Part shown: one piece after another, positions 39,284-47,637 of the stretch
Numbering within the stretch: the first letter of the stretch is position 1
Layout: each line of letters starts with the position of its first letter
Origin: an uncultured Clostridia bacterium
GTDB taxonomy: Bacteria > Bacillota > Clostridia > TANB77 > UBA1234
Assembly: GCA_947588905.1 (NCBI GenBank)
Contig: CANQBB010000004.1
Span: 1-52,398 of the forward strand
DNA length: 52,398 nt
Reading direction: 5' to 3'
The notes under the pieces: model-generated
Database searches by the model: none
Told to the model about the DNA's origin: nothing
Seen by the model: the letters and a program-made list of their open reading frames with translations, nothing else
Translations under genes and position numbers: made by a program

Positions 39284-40540
39284 TTGCAAAAGAAAAATAA
39301 TAATTTGATTTTTATATTACTTTCTATTTTAATAATTGGAGTTGCTTATTTCGCTATAAATATTGTTCATCTTTTTATTAAGCCAACAGAAACAACATTA
39401 GTTAGAAATGGCGAACTTACAAAGTATGAAGAAGTAGTTGGGTATATTATTAGAGATGAAAATGTTGTGGATACTAGTAATTATACTGGCACTATGCAAC
39501 TTGTAACAGAAGATGCAACTAGAGTTAGCAAAAGTGGTACGATTGCAAAATTTGTATCTTCTTCAGAAGATGCAATAATGAAAAAAATTGAAGAACTAGA
39601 TAAGCAAATTCAAGATGCTATGGAAAGTGAGCAAACTATTTATCCAAGTGACGTTAAAGCCCTTGAATCAAGCATACAAATTCAATTATATGATAATATA
39701 AAAAACAATAATATAATTAGTTCAATAAGTGAAGAAAAAACAAAATTAAATAATGATATAAAGAAAAAAGCACAAATTGCAGGAGAACTAAGTCCTGTAG
39801 GCTCTAGATTAAAAGAACTAATAAACGAGAGAAATAATTATGAAAAACAGATAAATGATTCAACAAAAGAGCTATTAGCACCAGAGGCTGGACTTGTATC
39901 ATATAGAGTAGATGGATTTGAAAATGTTTTAACAAAGGATAGTATTTCTAATTTAACATCAGATAAATTATCTAAACTTAAAATATCAACAAATAAAATA
40001 ATACCAAGAGATAATTCAAAAATAAAAATAATAAATAATTTTGAATGCTATATAGTATTTTTTATGGATTCTGAAGATAGCAAAAATGCTAAGCTAAATG
40101 ACAAATTGTATTTAAGATTTGAAAATTCAGGAACTGAGCTTGTTCCTGCAACGATAGAATATATTTCTGAAGAGGCAAAGGGCAGACTTATAACAGTAAA
40201 ATTGGAAACAAATATTGAAGAACTTTCACAATATAGAAAAATAAACTTAGATGTAGTTTGGTGGAGCTACACTGGATTTAAACTACATAGAAAATTATTA
40301 ACAGAAGAAGATGTAACTAATACAGAAGGAAAAGTTATAGCCAAGTTGAACAGCGTTACGATAAAAAAAGCTGGATACAATGATATTGCATATGTAAAAA
40401 TAGTTAAAGAATTTGGCGATTATGTTATAGTGGATAATTACACAGACCAAGAATATAAAGATATGGGATTTACAGATGATGATATTAAGAATTTTGTCAC
40501 ATTAAAACTATATAATGAAGTAATTTTAAATGAAAAATAA
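39284..40540 (+). CDS. HlyD-like putative membrane fusion protein
   Basis: N-terminal TM, GYIIRDE, coiled coil, APEAGLVSYRVDGFE; located upstream of sepF. Confidence 0.7.
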   Translation: MQKKNNNLIFILLSILIIGVAYFAINIVHLFIKPTETTLVRNGELTKYEEVVGYIIRDENVVDTSNYTGTMQLVTEDATRVSKSGTIAKFVSSSEDAIMKKIEELDKQIQDAMESEQTIYPSDVKALESSIQIQLYDNIKNNNIISSISEEKTKLNNDIKKKAQIAGELSPVGSRLKELINERNNYEKQINDSTKELLAPEAGLVSYRVDGFENVLTKDSISNLTSDKLSKLKISTNKIIPRDNSKIKIINNFECYIVFFMDSEDSKNAKLNDKLYLRFENSGTELVPATIEYISEEAKGRLITVKLETNIEELSQYRKINLDVVWWSYTGFKLHRKLLTEEDVTNTEGKVIAKLNSVTIKKAGYNDIAYVKIVKEFGDYVIVDNYTDQEYKDMGFTDDDIKNFVTLKLYNEVILNEK

Positions 40541-40685
40541 TGAAGAATGTCGATTTATTACACTATTGTTACAGCAATATTAAATTAAGGTTACAATAAT
40601 TTATTTGTATTGAAATATGCGGAAATTATATATAAAATAAGTAATATACAAAAGATAAAAGAGAATGTTTTAGGAGGGTATTTTA

Positions 40686-41156
40686 ATGGTAAGTAAATTT
40701 ATGAATAAAGTTTGGAATATGCTAGGAGTAGAGACAGATAATGAAGAAGATACAATGGATTATGGATATGAAGATGAGCCTGTAAATAATCCTGAAGAAG
40801 AAAATAAAGGTGGATTTTTTACATCTGCTTCAAATAGAAAAAGCAAAGTAGTAGGTATGCCAGGAGTTCAACAAGTTAAGGTTATAATCTCACAACCTAG
40901 TACTTTTGAGCAATCAGAAGAAATTTGTGAACATTTAAAAGAAAAGAAATCTATAATTCTTAATCTAGAATATGTTAATAAAGATGTAGCTAGAAGAATT
41001 GTTGATTTTGTTGGTGGTGCAGTTTATGGATTGGATGGAAACATTCAAAAGATTTCTAATTCTATCTTCTTAGTTGCTCCATTTAATTATGAAATTACAA
41101 ATGAAGTTATGAAAGAAGATATAAAGAATAAGTTATCTGTATCATGGATTAAATAA
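40686..41156 (+). CDS. sepF: Cell division protein SepF
   Basis: ILNLE..ARRIVDFVGGAVYGLDGNIQKIS..IFLVAP. Confidence 0.95.
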   Translation: MVSKFMNKVWNMLGVETDNEEDTMDYGYEDEPVNNPEEENKGGFFTSASNRKSKVVGMPGVQQVKVIISQPSTFEQSEEICEHLKEKKSIILNLEYVNKDVARRIVDFVGGAVYGLDGNIQKISNSIFLVAPFNYEITNEVMKEDIKNKLSVSWIK

Positions 41157-41183
41157 AAAGCTTAAGATAAAGGAGGTAGAAGT

Positions 41184-41646
41184 ATGTTAACTCCATTAGA
41201 CATTGAAAATAAGACATTCAGTAAGCAAATCATGAGTCGGATACAACACAGAAGAGGTACAAGCTTTTTTAAATGAATTGCTTATTGATTATGAAAAATT
41301 GTATAAAGAAAATATTGAGTATAAAGATAAGATTGAAGTGTTGAATCAAGGTATCCAACATTATAAATCAATTGAAGATACTTTACAAAATGCCCTTGTT
41401 GTTGCACAAGGAACGGCAGAAAGTGTTAAAAATTCTGCTAAACTTGAGGCTGACAACATTATAAAAGAAGCTGAGCTTAATGCTTTAAAATCAGTAGATG
41501 ATATCAATAAACAAGTGTTAGAAAAGAAAATGTTATTAGATGACACTAAAAAACAGTTTGAAGTTTATAAAGCAAAAATGGAATCACTACTAATATCTCA
41601 ATTAGAAATATTAAAGGAAGTTAATAAAAATGATAATCAAGGGTAA
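41184..41646 (+). CDS. divIVA: DivIVA-domain cell division protein, requires +1 frameshift at CGG (41238)
   Basis: AGGAGG RBS, MLTPLDIENKTFSKQIMS then C-GGA-TAC continues GYNTEEVQAFLNEL in the +1 frame; LQNALVVAQ..A..EA..II..A coiled coil. Confidence 0.9.
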
Positions 41647-41665
41647 TTAAACCCTTGATTTTTTT
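41635..41665 (+). terminator. Rho-independent terminator after divIVA
   Basis: AATCAAGGGT..ACCCTTGATTTTTTT. Confidence 0.8.
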
Positions 41666-41737
41666 GTGAAATATATTGACAGAAAGCAGTATATAAAATA
41701 AACTCTTTGTATAAAAATAAAGATAAGGAGAAAGGTA

Positions 41738-42613
41738 ATGAAAAAAGAAGTTTTAATTGAGCAAGAGAAAAAAAGAAGAAGAGAAAAGAACATAAAAATT
41801 GCTATTACATGTATAATAATAGTTCTTTTATCTGCTTTAGCTATTTGGCTAGTATTTAAATATGATGTGGGAAGTAATTTAGATAATAGTAAATCTGGAG
41901 AAACAGTTGAACTAACTAAACCAGATAAATATCAAGATGTTGAGCAAAATCCAATAGTTACAATGGAAATGTCAGACGGAGCAATAATAAAAATGGAATT
42001 ATATCCTCAAATTGCACCAATGACAGTAGAAAACTTTATATATTTAATAGAACAAGGTTTTTATGATGGATTAACATTCCATAGAGTAGTACCATCATTT
42101 ATGGCACAAGGAGGAGATCCAAGTGGAGATGGAAGTGGCGGTCCAGGATATACAATTATTGGAGAATTTTCAGGAAATGGATTTGAAAATAATTTAAGCC
42201 ATGAAGTTGGTGTGGTTTCGATGGCAAGAAGTCAAGGGAATGATACAGCAGGTTCACAATTCTTTATCGTTACAGGTAAAGACGCACATGAAAGTTTAGA
42301 TGGTAATTATGCTGCTTTTGGTAAGGTAATTGAGGGTATGGAAAATGTATATAACATAGTAAATGTACCTGTTGAAACAGACTATTCAGATGATGTTAAA
42401 GCACTTATTGATGAATTAAATAAAGCTACTTCTCAAGAAGAAGCTAATAAGATAGTAGAAGAAAAATATACAGATAATGGAGTGTATGCAAAGTATTTAA
42501 GAGAATCTAGTGCCTTATCGGAAGGTGGTAGCATTCCAATAGACCCTCCAGTTATTAAATCTATGACTGTAGAAACATTTGGTGTTGAATATGATGTACC
42601 AACAAAACTATAA
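41738..42613 (+). CDS. Membrane-anchored cyclophilin-type peptidyl-prolyl isomerase
   Basis: AP.TVENF, FYDGLTFHRVVPSFMAQGGDP, SMARS, AGSQFFI, LDGNYAAFGKV. Confidence 0.93.
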   Translation: MKKEVLIEQEKKRRREKNIKIAITCIIIVLLSALAIWLVFKYDVGSNLDNSKSGETVELTKPDKYQDVEQNPIVTMEMSDGAIIKMELYPQIAPMTVENFIYLIEQGFYDGLTFHRVVPSFMAQGGDPSGDGSGGPGYTIIGEFSGNGFENNLSHEVGVVSMARSQGNDTAGSQFFIVTGKDAHESLDGNYAAFGKVIEGMENVYNIVNVPVETDYSDDVKALIDELNKATSQEEANKIVEEKYTDNGVYAKYLRESSALSEGGSIPIDPPVIKSMTVETFGVEYDVPTKL

Positions 42614-42641
42614 TTGAAAATTAAATGGACTGTAAATAGAT

Positions 42642-42693
42642 TGAAGTGAACTCAAATTGTTAAACAATAAGTTTAGCAAAAGGGTTCACTTCA
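42642..42693. repeat. 52-bp inverted-repeat element resembling abutted IS3-family ends, within a longer hairpin between convergent genes
   Basis: TGAAGTGAAC..GTTCACTTCA termini (TG..CA); outer arms AAATGGACTGTAAA / TTTATAGTCCATTT. Confidence 0.5.
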
Positions 42694-42728
42694 TATTTTA
42701 TAGTCCATTTTCAATTTTTTAAAGATAG

Positions 42729-43691
42729 TTAAAATGATAATATATTTTGAATTGTTGTATCTATAATTCGATTAACTGCCTCAATGCTATTAAAAGCATT
42801 ATGAGGAGTTAATACAACATTTTCATTATCAAGCAATTTTTTACTTGATACAATAAGCTTAGCAGCTTTTTCAATAGGAGAATTAAAAATATTTTCTTCA
42901 ACTAATAATTCTTCTCCTTCAATGACATCTAAACCAGCACCTGCCAAAATACCATTTTCTAAAGCTCCAAGTAAGGCGTCCATATCAACTAAAGCACCTC
43001 TAGCAGTATTTATTAGCAAGCTTCCTTTTTTAAATTTATCTAAAGAGTTTCTATTTATAATATGTTCAGTATATTGATTTAGAGGCACATGTAAAGTCAC
43101 AATATCAGAAGAATTAAATAATTCATCTAAACTTACATATTTAAAATTTATAAGTTCAGCCAAGAAATGGTCTTGGCTAATATCATAAACTCTAACATGC
43201 ATACCAAATCCTTTAGCTATTCTAGCAACATGTAGACCAATTCTTCCGCCACCAATTATACCAATAGTTTTATTCTCTAAATCAAAGCCTTGTAAACCCT
43301 CTGTGCTAAAACCACCTTGAATAGAGCGAACGTAAGACATATGAATTTTTCTTGATAAAGAAAGGATAAGTGCAAAAGTATGCTCAGCAACAGTATTTTC
43401 TCCATAAAGAGGAACATTTTTAACCAATATATTTTTTTCGTTACAAGCATTTAAATCAATATGATCTAAACCTGTTGAACGAGTACAAATCAATTTTAAA
43501 TTGGAAAGTTTATTTAGTAATTCTTTATCTATTTCAGAATGAATAAAGATACAAACCACATCTGCATCATCGTAATGAGAAACGTTTACATCTTGAATTG
43601 TATCAGAAAAAAATAAAAGTTCATTTCCAACTAAATCTTTTGAAAATCTTTCCTTTTCTAAATTTGTAATTTCAAAAAAAGCAATTTTCAT
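42729..43691 (-). CDS. D-isomer-specific 2-hydroxyacid dehydrogenase (D-lactate dehydrogenase-like)
   Basis: TRSTGLDHID, VAEHTFAL, GIIGGGRIG, TLHVPL, INTARG, GLDVIE.E, TPHNAF. Confidence 0.92.
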   Translation of the reverse strand: MKIAFFEITNLEKERFSKDLVGNELLFFSDTIQDVNVSHYDDADVVCIFIHSEIDKELLNKLSNLKLICTRSTGLDHIDLNACNEKNILVKNVPLYGENTVAEHTFALILSLSRKIHMSYVRSIQGGFSTEGLQGFDLENKTIGIIGGGRIGLHVARIAKGFGMHVRVYDISQDHFLAELINFKYVSLDELFNSSDIVTLHVPLNQYTEHIINRNSLDKFKKGSLLINTARGALVDMDALLGALENGILAGAGLDVIEGEELLVEENIFNSPIEKAAKLIVSSKKLLDNENVVLTPHNAFNSIEAVNRIIDTTIQNILSF

Positions 43692-43778
43692 GAAAACACC
43701 TCAATATATTATTTGAATTAGAAGAAAATTTATGCAAAATAAAATGAGTCAAAATGACACAAAAGTTTTTAAAATCTC

Positions 43779-43807
43779 TTGACAAGAACGTGCGTTTATA
43801 TTAAGAT
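43779..43807 (+). promoter_or_regulatory. Sigma-A promoter with LexA (Cheo/SOS) box in the spacer
   Basis: TTGACA-17bp-TAAGAT; GAAC-GTGC-GTTT at 43786-43797 upstream of ruvA-rarA. Confidence 0.65.
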
Positions 43808-43840
43808 TTGTTTGTAGATAACAAAAAAGGAGATAAGAAT

Positions 43841-44440
43841 ATGTTTGCATATATTAAAGGTACGTTAGAAATAAAAGGAAATGATTATGTAGTAATAGAT
43901 GTTGGAGGAGTTGGATACAAGATTTTTACACCAATTACCACAATTAGTAGACTTGGAGAAATTGGAGACACAGTAAAAGTTCATACACATTATCATGTTA
44001 GAGAAGATGAGATTAGCCTATATGGTTTTTACAGTTTAGAAGAGTTAAGAATGTTTGAACTTTTGATAGGTGTTAGTGGAATAGGTGCAAAATCAGCAAA
44101 TTCAATTTTAGCGAATATAACACCGTCAAATTTCGCTTTAGCAGTTATAACGGATAATGTTAAGGAACTTACTAAATTGCCGGGAATAGGTGCAAAATCA
44201 GCCCAAAGAATAATATTAGAATTAAAAGATAAGCTTAAAGCAAATGAAGCTTTATCTGAAAATGATGCAGAATTAAAAGCTGTAATTTCTAAGGATGATA
44301 ATATTCATGAAGCAATTAGTGCTTTGCAAGTTTTAGGATATCCTTTGAAAGAAGCTACAAAAGCAGTTACATCTTTTGATTCTTCTAATATGTCAATTGA
44401 AGAAGTTATTAAAAAAGCACTTTTATATTTTACAAGATAA
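43841..44440 (+). CDS. ruvA: Holliday junction branch migration protein RuvA
   Basis: MFAYIKG, GGVGY, VREDEISLYGF, VSGIGAK, LPGIGAKSAQRIILELKDK, ALQVLGY. Confidence 0.96.
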   Translation: MFAYIKGTLEIKGNDYVVIDVGGVGYKIFTPITTISRLGEIGDTVKVHTHYHVREDEISLYGFYSLEELRMFELLIGVSGIGAKSANSILANITPSNFALAVITDNVKELTKLPGIGAKSAQRIILELKDKLKANEALSENDAELKAVISKDDNIHEAISALQVLGYPLKEATKAVTSFDSSNMSIEEVIKKALLYFTR

Positions 44441-44458
44441 AAAGTTGGAGGAATAATC

Positions 44459-45712
44459 ATGGATAAAAATTTACCACTTGCTTATAGAATGTGTCCAACA
44501 TCTTTAGATGAATATGTTGGACAAGAGCATATTTTATCTAAAGACAAAATGTTATATAGATTAGTTAAAGCAGATAGATTATCTAGCATTATTTTATGGG
44601 GACCACCAGGTTGTGGAAAAACATCTCTTGCAAGAGTTATAGCTAAAACTACAAAAAATAAATTTGAAAGATTAAATGCAGTTGCGGCTGGAGTATCAGA
44701 TATAAAAAGAGTTGTTGAAGATGCAAAAAATCCTTTGCTAAATCCATCTGGTAAAGTAGTTTTATTTATAGATGAAATTCATCGTTTTAATAAATTACAA
44801 CAAGATGCATTGCTACCATATGTTGAAGATGGAACTGTTATAATGATTGGAGCAACAACGGAGAATCCATATTTTTCTGTAAATAAAGCATTGATTTCAA
44901 GGTCAACAGTTTTTAAACTAGAACCTCTTAGCATAGAAAATGTAAATACAGTTATGCATAATGCATTAAAGGATAAAGAAAAAGGACTTGGAAAATATAA
45001 CATAAAAATAGATGAAGAAGTAATAAACTATATCTCTGAATTATCTGGAGGAGATGTTAGAGTAGCATTAAATGCATTAGAAATTGCAACATTAACAACA
45101 GATATGAATGCCGATGGTGTAATAGAAATTACAAAAGAAATTGCAACGGAGTGTATCCAAAAAAAGAAAGCACAATTTGATAAAAATGGAGATAGTCATT
45201 ATGATAATATAAGTGCATTTATAAAATCAATGCGAGGTGGAGACGCAGACGCAGTTCTTTTTTATTTGGCTAGAGCAATTTATGCAGGAGAAGATCCAAT
45301 GTTTTTAGCTAGGAGAATTGCAATATGCGCATCAGAAGATGTTGGAATGGCAAATCCAAATGCATTAGTTGTTGCAAATGCAGCAATGCAAGCAATACAT
45401 CAAATTGGAATGCCAGAAGCACAAATTATTCTTGCACATGCTGCTACATATGTTGCAAGAAGTCCAAAATCAAATGCAGCATATTTAGGAATTGATAAAG
45501 CCTTAAACGATGTTTCAAATAAAGACACAGGAACAATTCCAATGCATATTAGAAATGCACCTGCTGACGGTATGCGTGATTTTGGATATGGTGTTGGATA
45601 TAAATATCCTCATGATTTTCCAAACCATGAAGTTGAACAACAATATTTACCAGATAAAATGCTTGGTACAAAATATTATATTCCAGATGAGACAGAAGAA
45701 AAACTCAAATAA
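44459..45712 (+). CDS. rarA: Replication-associated recombination protein A (RarA/MgsA)
   Basis: GQEH, LWGPPGCGKT, FIDEIHRFNKLQQD, GATTENP, ISAFIKSMRG, ASEDVGMA, YKYPHD. Confidence 0.95.
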   Translation: MDKNLPLAYRMCPTSLDEYVGQEHILSKDKMLYRLVKADRLSSIILWGPPGCGKTSLARVIAKTTKNKFERLNAVAAGVSDIKRVVEDAKNPLLNPSGKVVLFIDEIHRFNKLQQDALLPYVEDGTVIMIGATTENPYFSVNKALISRSTVFKLEPLSIENVNTVMHNALKDKEKGLGKYNIKIDEEVINYISELSGGDVRVALNALEIATLTTDMNADGVIEITKEIATECIQKKKAQFDKNGDSHYDNISAFIKSMRGGDADAVLFYLARAIYAGEDPMFLARRIAICASEDVGMANPNALVVANAAMQAIHQIGMPEAQIILAHAATYVARSPKSNAAYLGIDKALNDVSNKDTGTIPMHIRNAPADGMRDFGYGVGYKYPHDFPNHEVEQQYLPDKMLGTKYYIPDETEEKLK

Positions 45713-45827
45713 TTAAATATAAATAGTTAGTTAACGAACTAAAATTAGTAAATAAAAATTGAATAAAAAATTTTAAAAAACTTGATAATAAATATATCAA
45801 GTTTTTTTGCTTGAGAGGAGAATTTTT

Positions 45828-46167
45828 ATGGAATATCTTATTGGCTTAGTTGGAGGTTTTGCTAGTCGGATTTTTTGGCGCGGGTGGAGGATTATTAGTG
45901 CATCCAGCACTTACAAGAATATTAAAATTAGATGAATATAAAGCTCGTGGAACAACCTTAATTACAATATTTCCAGCAATTTTAATAGCATCAATTTTTT
46001 ATTCAAATTATAATTATTTTGATTGGAATAAAATTCTATATATTGTAATTGGTGGATGTATAGGAGGATTTTTAGGTGCAATTATAATGAAAAAAATTCC
46101 CAAATTTTATTTAGCTTTAATTTTTGATATTTTTTTAATCGGAGCATCAATAAAAAATATAATATAG
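45828..46167 (+). CDS. TauE/SafE-family exporter half-protein 1, requires +1 frameshift at CGG (45867)
   Basis: GAGGAG RBS, MEYLIGLVGGFAS then C-GGA-TTT continues GFFGAGGGLLV..A.GT in the +1 frame; aligns with the adjacent paralog's start. Confidence 0.85.
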
Positions 46168-46182
46168 GGGTATGATAATAAT

Positions 46183-46569
46183 ATGGAATTGATTTTAGTT
46201 GGAATAATTTCTGGAATAATAACTGGACTAGGAATGGGTGGCGGAAGCATTTTAATCTTAATATTAGTTACATTTATGTCTGTAAGTCAGCATGTTGCAC
46301 AAGCTACAAATTTAATCTTTTTTATACCTACTGCTATAATTGCAATTATAGTTCATGTAAAAAATCAAAATATAGATAAAAAAGTTGGTAGGAAATTACT
46401 ATTTACAACAATAATAGGCTCAGCAGTTGGAGCATACTTAACGAGTAAAATTGAAGCAGAAAATTTGAAAAGATATTTTGGATTTTTTTTATTAGCAGTT
46501 GGGATATATGAAATTATAACAACTATAAAAGAACATATAAAGGAAAAAAAGGAGGAAAAAGAAAAATGA
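46183..46569 (+). CDS. TauE/SafE-family exporter half-protein 2
   Basis: GIISGIITGLGMGGGSIL, QHVAQATNLIFFIP. Confidence 0.88.
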   Translation: MELILVGIISGIITGLGMGGGSILILILVTFMSVSQHVAQATNLIFFIPTAIIAIIVHVKNQNIDKKVGRKLLFTTIIGSAVGAYLTSKIEAENLKRYFGFFLLAVGIYEIITTIKEHIKEKKEEKEK

Positions 46570-46709
46570 AAAATTGGATAACGGGTGTTTTAGTAGGAGC
46601 TGTGATAGGTGGTGTGATTGGAACAATAGCCAGTGATGAAATATATGATATAAAAAATATGGTTATGAAAAAAGGAAAAAAATTAGCAAAAAAATATGAT
46701 TGGATATAA
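46566..46709 (+). CDS. Small YtxH-like membrane peptide (47 aa, not in ORF track)
   Basis: AGGAGG RBS; MKNWITGVLVGAVIGGVIGTIASDEIYDIKNMVMKKGKKLAKKYDWI; ATGA overlap with upstream stop. Confidence 0.75.
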   Translation: MKNWITGVLVGAVIGGVIGTIASDEIYDIKNMVMKKGKKLAKKYDWI

Positions 46710-46832
46710 ATAAAAGTACAGAGGCATTTTGAGAAAATCAACTTGCCTCTTTTTTATAACATTTAAGCATATTGACATTTTATACCTTTTAAGATATAAT
46801 AATATTTAGGGTGGAGAAATGGAGTAAACTAG

Positions 46833-47195
46833 ATGTATAAAATAGAAATATATGAAGACAAAAATGGAAAAAGTGAAATACAGGAATATTTAATAAATTT
46901 AAGAAATAGCAATAATAAGGACGAAAAAGTAAAGGTTAATAAAATAAGATTGTATATCAACTTGTTAGCTAAATATGGTTTTGAGCTGAGAGAGCCATAC
47001 ATTAAAAAAATTGATAATCAAATATGGGAATTGCGACCACTAAAGGACAGGATACTTTTTGCAAGTTGGTGCAATAATAAATTTATATTATTAAGTATAT
47101 TCACTAAAAAAACACAAAAAACCCCTAAAAGAGAAATAGAAAAAGCAAAAAGACTTTTAAAGGACTATGCAGATAGGAGTGATGAAAATGAGTAA
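46833..47195 (+). CDS. Type II toxin, RelE/HigB (Gp49-like) family
   Basis: YEDKNGKS, L..YG..L.EPYIKKI..IWELRP..RI, F.KKTQKTP.REIEKA. Confidence 0.88.
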   Translation: MYKIEIYEDKNGKSEIQEYLINLRNSNNKDEKVKVNKIRLYINLLAKYGFELREPYIKKIDNQIWELRPLKDRILFASWCNNKFILLSIFTKKTQKTPKREIEKAKRLLKDYADRSDENE

Positions 47196-47469
47196 GTTTA
47201 AGACTTGGACTGAGTTTGAAAAAGAATTGAATTTTACAAAAGAAGATGATGCTGAAATAGAATTAGAAAGGCAAATTATTGAAGCTACAATTGAAGCACG
47301 TAAAAAAGCACAATTAACTCAGCAAGAATTAAGTGAATTAACTGGAATAGTGCAATCATCTATTGCTAAAATTGAAACTTTTAAAAGAGCTCCTAGATGT
47401 TCAACTTTGATGAGGCTTCTAAGACCTCTTGGGTATACATTAAAAGTTGTTCCTTTAGAAAAAAAATAA
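47188..47469 (+). CDS. XRE-family HTH antitoxin (HigA-like)
   Basis: IEARKKAQLTQQELSELTGIVQSSIAKIE..P...TL; overlaps toxin stop. Confidence 0.88.
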   Translation: MSKFKTWTEFEKELNFTKEDDAEIELERQIIEATIEARKKAQLTQQELSELTGIVQSSIAKIETFKRAPRCSTLMRLLRPLGYTLKVVPLEKK

Positions 47470-47637
47470 ATTTAAATTTTGTTTAAAAACAATGTAGTGG
47501 CTTGTATAAATAAATTATACAAATTACTACATTATTTTTTATAATACAATTCAAACGCATATATTAGAATTTTGCTAATTGACGTGTTTGAAAATAAGGT
47601 ATATAATAAGACCGTTAATGTAAAGGAGAGGAAACAC

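Noticed and set aside
23745-45870. Track starts at TTG 23745, TTG 41278 and TTG 45850 as true starts
   Set aside because: They lack RBSs and remove conserved N-terminal motifs that are encoded just upstream in the other frame behind proper ATG starts.
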